Shown piece by piece: positions 9,404-20,076 of a DNA stretch of 64,000 nt; the first letter of the stretch is position 1; each line of letters starts with the position of its first letter. The stretch covers positions 14,640-78,639 of the forward strand of contig JBFMGK010000066.1 in the NCBI GenBank assembly GCA_040752575.1. Reading direction: 5' to 3'. This DNA comes from Candidatus Bipolaricaulota bacterium (GTDB taxonomy: Bacteria; Bipolaricaulota; Bipolaricaulia; UBA7950; UBA9294). The notes under the pieces were generated by a model, which was given only the letters and a program-made list of their open reading frames with translations, was not told the DNA's origin and ran no database searches. The translations under genes and the position numbers were made by a program.

Positions 9404-11722
9404 CTAGACGTCGCGCGCACGAAGTGCGCGGAGAACGCGTTCGGGAGTGAACGGCGACTCACGAAACCGTATCCCGATCGCATCGTAGATCGCATTGGCC
9501 AAGGTGGGAAGGGGGCCATTGATCCCGATCTCCCCGACCGACTTCGCACCCATCGGCCCGCTTGGCTCATACGAGTCGACGAGAATCACTTCCACCGGAG
9601 GCACATCCAGCGCGCCGGGGATCTTGTACTGGAAGAGCGACGGATTGCGGACCCTCCCCTGCGTACTGAACTGCATTTCCTCAGTCAACGCATAGCCGAT
9701 GCCGTTGACGACAGCCCCTTCGACCTGCCCCTCGGCCAGTTTCGGGTTGATCGGGACTCCGCAATCGACCGCAGCGACATACCGGATGACGCGAACGGCA
9801 CCGGTCTCGGTATCCACGGCGACTTCGGCGAAGTTGGCGAGAAAGGGGGGCGGCGACTCGGTTGGAACGAACGACGCCGTGGCGCCGATCTGGTTCTGCT
9901 GCGCCTCGTAGAACGCCCTTGTGCCGATCCTCGCCAGCTCGACCGAGCGGCCGTCCTGAGCGACGACATGCCCGCCGCGAAGCGCAAGCATGGAAGGCGG
10001 CACGGCGAGCAGAGACCCTGCCGCAACGAGAATCTGCGAGCGCACCTCTTCGGCGGCCCGTTGCACGGCCATCCCGGATACGTACGTCGTGGAAGATGCG
10101 TACGCACCGACGTCGAACGGAGTCACGTCCGTGTCCGACGACGTGACCACGACGCGGTCCGGCGGTACACCGAGGACTTCCGCAGCCACTTGGCCAAGAA
10201 TCGTGTCGGATCCGGTGCCGAGGTCCGTCGCCCCCACAAGCAGATTGAACGATCCGTCCTCGTTCATCTTGATCGTTGCCGCACCCATGTCGATCTCCGG
10301 GATGCCCGACCCCTGCATCATGATCGACATCCCCAGGCCGTGGACCCACGTGCCGTGACGCTCTCTCTTCCCTCGCCGCTTGTGCCAGCCGATGCGCTGC
10401 GCGCCCAGCTCCATGCATGCCTCGAGCGCACAGCTCTTGACGATCTGCTCGACTCCCTCGCGCCCCTCGCCCAGCTTCCGGAAGATCGGAGACCCCTCCC
10501 CGGCCCTCAGGTGATTGCGCCGGCGCAGCTCGATCGGATCCAGCGCAAGCCGCTCCGCGGCCTCATCCATCGCCGTCTCCAAAGCAAAGTACCCCTGCGT
10601 CGCTCCGTATCCTCGGTACGCGCCGCCCACGGGCAGGTTCGTGTAGACAGCCTGCCCGGAGAACCGCGCGTTGGGGGCCTTGTTGTAGAGCGGAAGAGTC
10701 TTCGAGCCCGTGTTCGCCAGGACGGTCAGCCCGTGCGCGCCATACGCGCCCGTGTTCGATAGCGCCTCCATCTCGACGGCCTTCAGTACGCCCGCCGCGT
10801 CCAGTCCAAGCTTCACGCGAACGCGCATCGGGTGACGAGTTCGTGAGGAGGTGAACTCCTCGCTGCGACTCAGGCAGACGAAGGCCGGCCGGCGGGTTTG
10901 CAGGGCCACCCAACCGGCAAGGTCCTCGAGCAGCACCTCTTGCTTCGCTCCGAATCCTCCCCCGATCCGCGGCTTGACCACACGAAGGCGGTGCACGGGC
11001 AGTCCGAGCGTCTGCGCCACGATTCGGCGAACGTGGAAGGGAACCTGCGTGCTCGTGCGCAGCACGAGTCGGTCCTCGGCGTCCAGCTGCGCCAACACGA
11101 CGTGCGTCTCGAGGGGAGTGTGCTGCGCGTATTGCGTCTCGCACGTCGTCTCTACGACAAGGCCCGACCGGCGGAACCCCTCCTCAACCTGGCCGACGTC
11201 AATGTCAACGTCCGCAACGACATTTCGCGCAGCCTCGTAGATGCCCGTCGCGTCGTCCTCATCGTGAAGAACCGGCGCCCCCTCGCGTCGTGCGTCGTCC
11301 ATGGACAAGACGGACGGAAGAACCTCGTACTCGACGAGCAGCGCCCGCAACGCGGCGTCCGCCGCCGCCTCGGACTCCGCAGCGACGGCAGCAACGCGGT
11401 CTCCGACGAAACGGACTTTGGTGTCGAACATCCGTGTGTCGTACGGCGACGGTTCGGGGTACCCCTGCCCCGCCGTCGTGTGTCGAACGGCCGGCGTGTT
11501 CTTGTGCGTAAGGACGCATATCACGCCGGGGATCCTCTCTGCAGCCCGCGTGTCGATGTCGACGATCCTCGCATGGGCGTGCGGACTCCCCAGGATCTTC
11601 ACGACCAAGGCTTCACGAAGGTCGACGTCGGCGACAAACAGCGGGCGTCCGGTCACGAGCCCTCGCCCGTCGGTCTTTCGCGCGCTCTGCCCAACGACCG
11701 TGAACGAGTCTCTTGCCGTCAT
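9404..11722 (-). CDS. Xanthine dehydrogenase family molybdopterin-binding subunit (XdhD-like)
   Basis: SPHAHARI, TSTQVPF, IGGGFGAKQ, YRGYGATQ, GAKSVGE; ATGA overlap with the FeS subunit. Confidence 0.92.
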   Translation of the reverse strand: MTARDSFTVVGQSARKTDGRGLVTGRPLFVADVDLREALVVKILGSPHAHARIVDIDTRAAERIPGVICVLTHKNTPAVRHTTAGQGYPEPSPYDTRMFDTKVRFVGDRVAAVAAESEAAADAALRALLVEYEVLPSVLSMDDARREGAPVLHDEDDATGIYEAARNVVADVDIDVGQVEEGFRRSGLVVETTCETQYAQHTPLETHVVLAQLDAEDRLVLRTSTQVPFHVRRIVAQTLGLPVHRLRVVKPRIGGGFGAKQEVLLEDLAGWVALQTRRPAFVCLSRSEEFTSSRTRHPMRVRVKLGLDAAGVLKAVEMEALSNTGAYGAHGLTVLANTGSKTLPLYNKAPNARFSGQAVYTNLPVGGAYRGYGATQGYFALETAMDEAAERLALDPIELRRRNHLRAGEGSPIFRKLGEGREGVEQIVKSCALEACMELGAQRIGWHKRRGKRERHGTWVHGLGMSIMMQGSGIPEIDMGAATIKMNEDGSFNLLVGATDLGTGSDTILGQVAAEVLGVPPDRVVVTSSDTDVTPFDVGAYASSTTYVSGMAVQRAAEEVRSQILVAAGSLLAVPPSMLALRGGHVVAQDGRSVELARIGTRAFYEAQQNQIGATASFVPTESPPPFLANFAEVAVDTETGAVRVIRYVAAVDCGVPINPKLAEGQVEGAVVNGIGYALTEEMQFSTQGRVRNPSLFQYKIPGALDVPPVEVILVDSYEPSGPMGAKSVGEIGINGPLPTLANAIYDAIGIRFRESPFTPERVLRALRARDV

Positions 11723-12189
11723 TTCGATGCTCCCCGCATGAGGTCCGCGGCACGTTGGACCGCTTCGACCTGCTTCGCGTATCCCGTGCATCGGCACAGG
11801 TTCCCCGACAGAGCCTCTCGGATCTCCGCCTCGCTCGGCGCCGGGTTCTCGGCCAAAAGGGCGACGGAGCTGAGCACCATTCCCGGCGTGCAGTACCCGC
11901 ACTGGACGGCTCCGACGTCGAGAAACGCTTCCTGAACGGGATGTAGGGTGCCCGACGGCGCGAGCCCTTCGATCGTCGTGACGTCGCGACCCTCGGCTTT
12001 GGCCGCTAGAACCAGGCAGGAGTTCACCGCCTTGCCATCGAGCAAGACCGTACAGGCGCCGCAGTCTCCTGTCCCGCATCCCTTCTTGACCCCCACGTAC
12101 CCCGCTCCTCGCAGTACCTCAAGCAGAGTGTCTCCGGGCTCGATGTCAAAGCCCCTCGCCGCCCCGTTCACGCGAAAGCGAACCTTCAT
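11719..12189 (-). CDS. Xanthine dehydrogenase family [2Fe-2S] subunit
   Basis: [31 protein letters not shown]. Confidence 0.95.
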   Translation of the reverse strand: MKVRFRVNGAARGFDIEPGDTLLEVLRGAGYVGVKKGCGTGDCGACTVLLDGKAVNSCLVLAAKAEGRDVTTIEGLAPSGTLHPVQEAFLDVGAVQCGYCTPGMVLSSVALLAENPAPSEAEIREALSGNLCRCTGYAKQVEAVQRAADLMRGASK

Positions 12190-13034
12190 TCGACTTCGTC
12201 TCCCTCCCCTCGCGCCGCAACGAGGCAACGCCGGACGCCAATCGACGCAAGCTCGCGCCGGTACCACGCCGTCGCCCGCCGGTCGTCGCGCGCGTCCACC
12301 TCACGAGCTGCGACACCTGCCGCAGCAGCGATCGCCTCGTCGTCCAACGCTCGCCCGCGCAATGCATTCTCCGCCTCGACAAGCCGGCGCGGCGCGGCGG
12401 GCGTCCCGCCGACCACAACGTGCGCCTCGCGACAGATGCGCCCAACGATGTCGACAACGCAGGCGCAGTTGAGCGTTGCCACGTCAAACGCCGTCGCCGA
12501 GAACTTCTCGAACCCTCCCCGTACGTCGCGCAGCGCCGCGGGAAGTCGAATGGCCGTGACCAGGGGGGGCACGGGCGACCGTCCGCGCGCCCCGTCAAGA
12601 TCGACCGTCAAGGCAGCGCCGTCGTACGCGTCGAGCGTCGCATCCAGTCCCATGAGTACGCAGGTCACGTCGGACCACGGGTGGCCTCGCACGACGGATC
12701 CGCCGAAGGTTGCCACGTTTCTCTGAAGTGGGGACGCAACGCGACGCAATGCGGCCGCCAGCACTCCCCCCCCGTACCGGGCGACCAGAGGTGACGACAG
12801 CGCCTCGCTGAACGTCGACGTAGCACCCAGGATCAGGTCTCCCTTCTCCTCACGAATGCCACCCATCGGCAGTCGCGAGAGGTCGATGAGGTCCGTCACC
12901 GCGGGAGGAGTGTAGAGCACAAGCTCGATGCCTCCCGCAAGAAAGCGCCGACTCTCGGGCGCGGCAACACGCAGGGTCCATGCCTCCTCGACCGTTGCCG
13001 GCCGCAGGATCTCGCGGATTTGATGGATGGCCAA
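12186..13034 (-). CDS. Xanthine dehydrogenase family FAD-binding subunit (YgfM-like)
   Basis: AAGGAG then TTG 13034; RPATVEEA, LAGG, ASPLQRNVATFGG, DDRRATAWYR. Confidence 0.88.
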   Translation of the reverse strand: MAIHQIREILRPATVEEAWTLRVAAPESRRFLAGGIELVLYTPPAVTDLIDLSRLPMGGIREEKGDLILGATSTFSEALSSPLVARYGGGVLAAALRRVASPLQRNVATFGGSVVRGHPWSDVTCVLMGLDATLDAYDGAALTVDLDGARGRSPVPPLVTAIRLPAALRDVRGGFEKFSATAFDVATLNCACVVDIVGRICREAHVVVGGTPAAPRRLVEAENALRGRALDDEAIAAAAGVAAREVDARDDRRATAWYRRELASIGVRRCLVAARGEGDEVE

Positions 13035-13053
13035 GGACACTCCTTTCCTGTCG

Positions 13054-13128
13054 ATTATTGCCGCCGCGCGAAGACTGGACAAGCGCGACGCCGGTCCGAT
13101 TGTCAACCTGTCGGACAGGTCGTATCCT
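13054..13128. promoter_or_regulatory. Divergent promoters with a palindromic operator
   Basis: Plus: TTGTCA (13100-13105), 17 bp, TATCCT (13123-13128). Minus: TTGTCC (13082-13077), 17 bp, AATAAT (13059-13054). Palindrome ACCTGTC-G-GACAGGT at 13106-13120. Confidence 0.6.
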
Positions 13129-13159
13129 CAGGCAGCGGCCTTCGACCGCAGGAGGAGCC

Positions 13160-14494
13160 ATGCGCATCGCGATCGAGAACGCCATGGTCTGGGACGGAGC
13201 CACGACGGTCGAACCGTCGACGCTCCACATCGCGGACGGGGGAATTCTCTCCGTGGACAAGCGTCCCGCAGGGGAGGGCGAGGAGCGCATCGACGCTTCG
13301 GATCGCCTGGCCATTCCCGGCTTGGTCAACGCGCACACGCACCTCTACAGCGCCCTCTCTCGGGGGATGCTCGTTCCGGGGTTCGCGCCTCGGTCCTTCG
13401 CGGACATTCTCGAAGGTCTGTGGTGGCGTCTCGATCGAGCCCTCGATCCCGCAGCAGTCCAGGCGAGCGCGATCGTCGGGGCCATTGACGCCGTGCGTTG
13501 CGGCGTGACGACCGTCATCGACCACCATGCTAGTCCAAACGCGATCTCCGGTAGCCTCGGAGGGATACGAGATGCGGTCTGCCATCGCGTCGGCGTCCGC
13601 GCGCTTCTCTCGTACGAGGTTTCGGATCGAGACGGCCCGTCCACGGCCCGTGAAGGAATCCGAGAGAACGAGACCTTCGCCGCCGAGGCCGCCGGGATCC
13701 CAGCCCTTCTGGGAGCGCATTTCGGCCTCCATGCGTCGTTCACCCTGAGTGACGCGACGCTCGACGCCGTCGCGGCGCATCTGCCGGACGGAGTCGGTGT
13801 TCACGTTCATGTTGCCGAAGGAGTCGAAGACGAGGAACTCACGGTCCGCCGTCATGGTCTGCGCATCGCGGAGCGATTGGATCGGTTCGGCCTCCTGCGC
13901 CCGCAGTCCATCGTCGCTCACACCTTGCACGTAGATGACAGCGAGAGGGAGCTCCTGGCCGAGCGCGACGTTGCCATCGTGCACAATCCGCGGTCCAACA
14001 TGAACAACGCCGTGGGGACGTTCGATCTGCCGAGCGCGATGCGCCACGGGCTTTTCGTGGGCCTCGGAACCGACGGCATCGGGGCAAACATGCTCTCGGA
14101 GCTCTTCGCCGCCTCGCTCCTTCAGAAGCACGTTCAGACGACGCCAACGGCCGCCCCCTTCTCCGACCTGTACGAGCTTCTCTTCGCCGCGAATCCTCGG
14201 ATTGCCGAGCGGACCCTGGGCTATCCCCTCGGAAGCCTGTCTGCAGGGTATCCCGCGGACATCGTCCTCCTCGACTACCTCCCTCCGACGCCGCTGCGCG
14301 GCGACAACATCCTCGGGCACCTGCTGTTCGGCCCGTCGGTCGGCGCTCTGCGTGTCTCCGACGTATACGTCGCCGGCCGCGCCATCTTGCGCAACGGGTC
14401 GTTCGTCGAACTGGACGAGGCTCGGGAGCTGGCTCGCGCCCGCGAGGAAGCGGCACGTCTGTGGAAGCGCTTTGCCTCGGGAGTCGGGCGATGA
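13160..14494 (+). CDS. ssnA: SsnA-like metal-dependent amidohydrolase
   Basis: AGGAG RBS; PGLVNAHTHLYS, LWWRLD, DHHASP, GLHASFTLSD, HVAEG, HNPRSNMNNAVG, GLGTDG. Confidence 0.88.
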   Translation: MRIAIENAMVWDGATTVEPSTLHIADGGILSVDKRPAGEGEERIDASDRLAIPGLVNAHTHLYSALSRGMLVPGFAPRSFADILEGLWWRLDRALDPAAVQASAIVGAIDAVRCGVTTVIDHHASPNAISGSLGGIRDAVCHRVGVRALLSYEVSDRDGPSTAREGIRENETFAAEAAGIPALLGAHFGLHASFTLSDATLDAVAAHLPDGVGVHVHVAEGVEDEELTVRRHGLRIAERLDRFGLLRPQSIVAHTLHVDDSERELLAERDVAIVHNPRSNMNNAVGTFDLPSAMRHGLFVGLGTDGIGANMLSELFAASLLQKHVQTTPTAAPFSDLYELLFAANPRIAERTLGYPLGSLSAGYPADIVLLDYLPPTPLRGDNILGHLLFGPSVGALRVSDVYVAGRAILRNGSFVELDEARELARAREEAARLWKRFASGVGR

Positions 14495-17400
14495 CCTGCC
14501 CCCTGCGTCCGGTCGCCTTCCCACGCCTTCTCGATTGGGCGCTCTCGGAGTTCAAGGCGCGAGGCAGCGTGTTCGGAGTCCCTGCCGCCCACGCTTTTCG
14601 CCCGCAGAGGCCGGAGCTCTTTCAGACGCATCGCCCATTCGGCACGCGCCTCGCCACGCCTCTCGGACCCGCCGCGGGTCCCCACACCCAGCTCGCACAG
14701 AACATCGTCGCCGCCTGGTTCTGCGGCGGACGGTTCATCGAGCTCAAAACCGTTCAGATTCTCGATGATCTCGAGATCCCGCGGCCGTGCATCGACGCGG
14801 CCGACGAGGGGTACAACGTAGAGTGGTCACAGGAACTCACGCTGAAGCAGTCTGCTGAGCAATACGCAGCTGCGTGGGCGCTCGTGCATGCCTTGGCCGA
14901 TCCGCTGGATCTCCTCCCCGGAGGGGTAACCTTCAACGCTAGCGTGGGGTACACCCTCGACGGCGTTCGCAGCGCTCGGGTCCAGGCCTTCCTCGACGCC
15001 ATGACGGATGCCCGGCCGCTTCTGAACCCCCTTCGCGTCGAACTCCGCCGGCGCACCAGACAGGTAAGGGAAGTCGACATTCCTGATCGGATCGTAGACA
15101 GCGTCACGCTGTCCACGATGCACGGATGTCCGCCGGAGGAGATCGAACGTATCGCGGTTCACCTTCTTTCGGAACGAGGTCTTCACACGATCGTGAAGCT
15201 TAACCCAACCCTCCTCGGGCGGGATCGTCTGTTGGGCATCCTCCACGGGAATCTGGGGTTCCGAGATGTCGACGTCCCCGAGAGCGCCTTCGCACACGAC
15301 CTCGCCTGGGATGGAGCGATGGACCTCATCGCCGCACTTCGCGAAGCCGCCCGACGCGCGGATCGTACGTTCGGCGTCAAGCTGTCGAACACGCTGGCCG
15401 TCCGCAACACGCGCCACGTCCTCCCGGGAGACGAAGCGTATCTGTCGGGCCGTGCCCTGTACCCCATCACGCTCGCGTTGTTCCGTCAGCTCCGTGACGC
15501 CTGCGGGAACGACTTGCCCGTCTCGTTTTCCGCGGGAGGCAACGAGGCCAACGTCGTCGATCTCATCGCTTCGGGCGCGTGTCCGGTCACGATGGCCACG
15601 GATCTGCTGAAGCCAGGCGGCTATGGAAGGCTCCGCAGCGCGCTCGATGCCCTCGGGCGGACCATCGAGGGGGCAGACCACGCGTCGGTGGACGAGTTCG
15701 CGGCGGCGTCGAGCGCGCGCCTGCCCCTTGCCGCGGCAGCAGCTCTCGAGGATCCGACCTATCGGCGGGACTACGTCTCACCAGATCTGCCGAAACTCGA
15801 CTCGCCTCTGCCGCCCTTTGACTGCGTCATCGCACCCTGCGTAGCAACCTGTCCAGCCTGTCAGGACGTCCCCGAGTACATACGGCACCTCGCGGCAGGC
15901 GACGCCGAAGCCGCGCTCGCCGTCGTGCTGCGCAAGAACCCTCTGCCTGCGGTGACGGGATGCATTTGCACCGCCCGCTGCGAGACGCGCTGCACGCGGG
16001 CTAATCTGGATCAACCCGTGCGCATTCGAGACCTGAAGCGCGCGGCGGCCGAGCGCGGACATGTGACGCTAGGTCACGCTCCGCCCCGCGAAGAACGCGT
16101 GGCGATCGTCGGCGGCGGCCCCGCCGGTCTGTCGGCAGCAACGTTCCTTGCCCAGCAGGGGATCCAGGTCACGATCTACGAGGCTTCCTCGCGCCCTGGC
16201 GGCATGCCGGCGATTGCGCCGACTTTCCGTCTGCCCCGCGAGGCGGTAGAACAAGACGTCCAGCGAATTCTGGATCTCGGCGTGACCCTGCGCCTCGGCC
16301 ACCCGATCTCGGCTCCGGAGGCTCTGTTGGACAAGGGATTCGACGCTGTTTACGTTGCCTGCGGACTGGCCGAGGACAGGATCCCTCCCGAACTCGACCG
16401 GCGAGACGCGACGTGCGTGTACGGCGCCCTCGAGGTTCTGCGCCGCGTCGCCGAGGGGACTGCACCGGACCTCGGCCGGCGCGTCTTGGTGATTGGAGGC
16501 GGAAACACCGCCGTCGACGCCGCGCGGGCGGCTCTGCGGCTTGCGCGCGGACCCGTGACGATCGTCTACCGCAGGCAACGTGCCGACATGCCGGCCGACC
16601 CCGAAGAGGTCGACGCCTTCCTCGGCGAAGGCGGAGAGCTGTTGCTCCAGGTCGCTCCGTTGGGACTTGTCGTCCGAGAACGCCGCGTTGCCGGCGTCCG
16701 CTGCCTGCGCACCACGGCAGGTGCCCCGGAAGCGGACGGGCGGCCCTCTTTCGAACTCGACACCGCGGAACCGCTCCTTCTCGACGCCGACTCGGTGATC
16801 CTGGCTGTAGGGCAGACCGTTCCGGAGACCGCGCTGGCGGAGTCGCCGCTCATGCGCTCGGCGAACGGTCGCCTCATCCCGCACGAGGACGGCCGCGTCG
16901 GCGCGTCGGCAGTGTACGCCGGGGGGGACATCGTACGCGGGCCGGCGACGATCATTGAGGCCGTGGCAGACGGCCGGCGCGTTGCCGAGACGATCTGTCG
17001 TGACCTCGGCATCCCATGGGCGGAGTCCAAGCCGAGAGAGATCCCGTTGGACCCAGAGGATGAGGCTCGGCTCCAACGACGGCGAGCCACGCGCGCTCAG
17101 CCACAGCAACCTGCCGGCCGGCCCGTCCGCGCGCCAAGAGACTTCAAGCCGATCGTCGAACCTTTGACTTCCCAGCAGGTGCTTGCCGAAGCCGAGCGAT
17201 GCCTTCAGTGCTCGGAGTTCTGCGACAAGTGCGTGGACGTGTGCCCCAACCGAGCCAACGTGGCGTATCGCGTCGTTCCGTTCAGCGTCCCAGCTCCCGT
17301 CATCGATCCTGCCACCGGAGTCACGACACGATACGAAGCGGCAGCCGTGACGCAGACCCGACAAGTCGTTCACGTGGAAGACCTCTGCAACGAGTGCGGC

Positions 17401-17781
17401 AACTGCTCCACGTTCTGCGTCCACTCAGGCAGACCGTTCCTGGACAAGCCCCGGCTTCGCCTCTCCCCTCGGGACATCCCGTCGGCCCCCCCCGGGGTGT
17501 TCGCGCTCCGTAACGGGCGCATGCTGGCAGCCCTGGGCGACGGCCAAACCGCCACCCTCGAGTTCGAAGGCCGCAACGTTCGCTACGCCGACGGACGGTG
17601 CGAGATCTGGATCGGCGAGAACCAAGAGGTCCTGGACGTGCGGCCAACTCCGGGAGCATCGGGCGAGGTGTCCACGGCACACGCCGTTCGCCTCGCGGCC
17701 ATGTTGCGCGGACTCGTCGCGAGTGCCTCGTATCTCTCTTGCCTCGTAGAACCTGCGGAAGGAGACCCGTCGTGGGGATGA
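14491..17781 (+). CDS. ygfK: YgfK-type Fe-S flavoprotein oxidoreductase
   Basis: GPAAGPHTQLAQN, YNVEWSQEL, STMHGCPP, GVKLSNT, GltD-like GGGPAG and GGGNTA, ferredoxin Cys motifs. Confidence 0.92.
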   Translation: MTCPLRPVAFPRLLDWALSEFKARGSVFGVPAAHAFRPQRPELFQTHRPFGTRLATPLGPAAGPHTQLAQNIVAAWFCGGRFIELKTVQILDDLEIPRPCIDAADEGYNVEWSQELTLKQSAEQYAAAWALVHALADPLDLLPGGVTFNASVGYTLDGVRSARVQAFLDAMTDARPLLNPLRVELRRRTRQVREVDIPDRIVDSVTLSTMHGCPPEEIERIAVHLLSERGLHTIVKLNPTLLGRDRLLGILHGNLGFRDVDVPESAFAHDLAWDGAMDLIAALREAARRADRTFGVKLSNTLAVRNTRHVLPGDEAYLSGRALYPITLALFRQLRDACGNDLPVSFSAGGNEANVVDLIASGACPVTMATDLLKPGGYGRLRSALDALGRTIEGADHASVDEFAAASSARLPLAAAAALEDPTYRRDYVSPDLPKLDSPLPPFDCVIAPCVATCPACQDVPEYIRHLAAGDAEAALAVVLRKNPLPAVTGCICTARCETRCTRANLDQPVRIRDLKRAAAERGHVTLGHAPPREERVAIVGGGPAGLSAATFLAQQGIQVTIYEASSRPGGMPAIAPTFRLPREAVEQDVQRILDLGVTLRLGHPISAPEALLDKGFDAVYVACGLAEDRIPPELDRRDATCVYGALEVLRRVAEGTAPDLGRRVLVIGGGNTAVDAARAALRLARGPVTIVYRRQRADMPADPEEVDAFLGEGGELLLQVAPLGLVVRERRVAGVRCLRTTAGAPEADGRPSFELDTAEPLLLDADSVILAVGQTVPETALAESPLMRSANGRLIPHEDGRVGASAVYAGGDIVRGPATIIEAVADGRRVAETICRDLGIPWAESKPREIPLDPEDEARLQRRRATRAQPQQPAGRPVRAPRDFKPIVEPLTSQQVLAEAERCLQCSEFCDKCVDVCPNRANVAYRVVPFSVPAPVIDPATGVTTRYEAAAVTQTRQVVHVEDLCNECGNCSTFCVHSGRPFLDKPRLRLSPRDIPSAPPGVFALRNGRMLAALGDGQTATLEFEGRNVRYADGRCEIWIGENQEVLDVRPTPGASGEVSTAHAVRLAAMLRGLVASASYLSCLVEPAEGDPSWG

Positions 17782-19010
17782 TCCAATCGCTTCGCTGCGT
17801 GTCTTGCGGGACGACCTACGATCCCGCCGTCGTCGACTACACGTGCCCCGCATGCGGCCCGCGTCGAGGAACCCTTGAAGTGCTGTACGACGAGCGCGCT
17901 ACGGCGAAGTCGTTGTCGCCGGACGCGTTCGCGAGGACCGGGCGAGGGTCCATGTGGCGATACGAAGCGCTTCTCCCCCTTACGGATCTGCGCTTCGTCC
18001 AGCCACTTCGCGTGGGCTGGACCCCCCTGTATGAGTTCCCTTCTCTGGCACGCGAACTGAATCTCAGCGCGTTCTACGTCAAGGACGACGGCCAGAATCC
18101 AACAGCTTCCTACAAGGACCGAGCGAGTTCGTTGGTCGTGATCAAAGCGCAGGAGAAGAGACGGCGCGTGGTCACCTGCGCCTCCACAGGCAACGCAGCC
18201 TCTTCATTGGCGGGCTTCGCGGCCGCCGCCGGGCTGGAGTCGGTCATCTTCGTTCCAGAACGCGCTCCGGAAGCCAAGGTCGCTCAGCTCCTCGTCTACG
18301 GCTCCCGAGTCTTTTCGGTGCGGGGTTCCTACGATGACGCCTATGACCTCGCAGCCGAAGCCGCCGAGGCCTTCGGATGGTACAATCGATCTGCCGCGGT
18401 CAATCCCTACCTTGTGGAGGGCAAGAAGACGGGCGCACTCGAGATCGCCGAGCAACTGTCTTGGAACCCTCCCGATGCGGTCTTCGTCGGCGTAGGGGAT
18501 GGGTCCGTCATCAGTGGTCTCTGCAAGGGGTTCGAAGAGCTTCAACACTACGGCATCCTTCGCAGCAAACCGCAGGTGATCGGCGTCCAAGCGGAAGGGG
18601 CGAGCCCTCTGGCCTCGGCGTTCAACGCGTACCAGGGCGGCGACGTCACGTACGAGGACGTCGCCGCGGAGACCCTGGCCGACAGCATCTGCGTCGGGAA
18701 ACCGCGCGACGTCGTCAAAGCGATACGTTATGTGTCACGCAACGGAGGCTACTTCGTCACCGTATCCGACGACGAGATCCAGGCCGCCATCCTTGACCTG
18801 GCCCGGCACACCGGTGTGTTCGCCGAACCGGCCGGTGCGGCATCGTTCGCCGGGCTACGAAAGCTGGCTAAGGCAGGGGACCTTGCCGGGAAGAGGGCGG
18901 CGGTCGTCGTCTCCGGGAACGGCTTGAAAGATGCGACAGCAGCTCGACGGATGGCGGGGTCCGCGACGGTCATCGATCCGACGCGCAAGGATCTGGAGCG
19001 TCATCTATGA
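17778..19010 (+). CDS. Threonine synthase-like fold-type II PLP enzyme
   Basis: N-terminal CxxC...CxxC, NPTASYKDR, CASTGNAA, EGKKT, GVGDG, EPAGA, SGNGLKD; ATGA overlaps on both sides. Confidence 0.85.
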   Translation: MIQSLRCVSCGTTYDPAVVDYTCPACGPRRGTLEVLYDERATAKSLSPDAFARTGRGSMWRYEALLPLTDLRFVQPLRVGWTPLYEFPSLARELNLSAFYVKDDGQNPTASYKDRASSLVVIKAQEKRRRVVTCASTGNAASSLAGFAAAAGLESVIFVPERAPEAKVAQLLVYGSRVFSVRGSYDDAYDLAAEAAEAFGWYNRSAAVNPYLVEGKKTGALEIAEQLSWNPPDAVFVGVGDGSVISGLCKGFEELQHYGILRSKPQVIGVQAEGASPLASAFNAYQGGDVTYEDVAAETLADSICVGKPRDVVKAIRYVSRNGGYFVTVSDDEIQAAILDLARHTGVFAEPAGAASFAGLRKLAKAGDLAGKRAAVVVSGNGLKDATAARRMAGSATVIDPTRKDLERHL

Positions 19011-19477
19011 GAGTCAGCTTCCAGCTCAACGGCCGCAACACGACACTCGACGTCGACCCGGCTTCCCGGCTCCTCGACGTCGTGCGAGACGATTTAGGGC
19101 TCACGGGGACGAAGGAAGGGTGTGGCGAAGGGGAGTGCGGCGCCTGCACGGTTCTCTTGGACGGCCGCCCCGTCAATTCGTGTCTGATCCCCGCTCCGCA
19201 CGTCGACGGCCATGATGTCGTCACGGTGGAGGGGCTCGGGGGATCCGCGACGCTTCATCCCATTCAGTCCGCCTTCGTCGACGCCGGCGCCGTGCAATGC
19301 GGCTTCTGCACCCCGGGGTTCATCATGTCGACCGCCGCCTTGCTGCTGGACCACCCGAGCCCTACGGACGAAGAGATCCTCACGGCACTTGAGGGCAACC
19401 TGTGTCGCTGCACGGGCTATGCGAAGATCCTTAAGGCGGTCCACCTTGCCGCGGTACGCCTCCGGGAGAAGACGTGA
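19007..19477 (+). CDS. Second xanthine dehydrogenase family [2Fe-2S] subunit
   Basis: [33 protein letters not shown]. Confidence 0.95.
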   Translation: MRVSFQLNGRNTTLDVDPASRLLDVVRDDLGLTGTKEGCGEGECGACTVLLDGRPVNSCLIPAPHVDGHDVVTVEGLGGSATLHPIQSAFVDAGAVQCGFCTPGFIMSTAALLLDHPSPTDEEILTALEGNLCRCTGYAKILKAVHLAAVRLREKT

Positions 19478-20076
19478 TCGCCCCGCTCGTTCTGGCCGCC
19501 GGACGCGGAACGCGCATGGGCGGTCTGGCGAAGCCTCTTGTGGAGGTCGGAGGCGTCCCGGCCCTCGCGCGAATCTTGGCGGCACTGCAGGGCGCAGATC
19601 TTGGCGAGGCCATCGTCGTTCTCGGTCCCGAAGGCGATGCCGTTCGAGCGCGCATCGACCTCACGGGTTGCCAAGTCGTCTGGAACCTGACGCCCGAGAG
19701 AGGACTGAGCACGTCGCTGGCAGCAGGTCTCGCCGCGGTCCCGGACGCCGCTTTGGGAGTCCTCGTGCTTCACGCCGACATGCCGCTCATCCGCGCGACG
19801 ACGCTTCGCGCGGTGGCCGCAGCAGCCCTCAAGGGAGCCTCGCTGGCCGCGCCGCGCCATGCCGGGCGGCGCGGATTCCCCGTATACATCGCGCGTCAGC
19901 ACTTCAGCTCGCTCACCGCCACGCTGACCGGAGACGAAGGCGCGCGCCACTACCTCGAGATGCACGCCGGAGACCTGCAGCTCATCGACGTCGACGACGC
20001 TGGATGCCTGTTCGATTTCGACCGCCCCGAGGATCTGGCACAGGAGGAGATTCTCTCGTGGACTACGTGCGTGTGA
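19474..20076 (+). CDS. mocA: Molybdenum cofactor cytidylyltransferase (MocA-like)
   Basis: LAAGRGTRMG..K, GLSTSL, ADMP, GFPV, GDEGAR, D.DRPED. Confidence 0.8.
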   Translation: MIAPLVLAAGRGTRMGGLAKPLVEVGGVPALARILAALQGADLGEAIVVLGPEGDAVRARIDLTGCQVVWNLTPERGLSTSLAAGLAAVPDAALGVLVLHADMPLIRATTLRAVAAAALKGASLAAPRHAGRRGFPVYIARQHFSSLTATLTGDEGARHYLEMHAGDLQLIDVDDAGCLFDFDRPEDLAQEEILSWTTCV

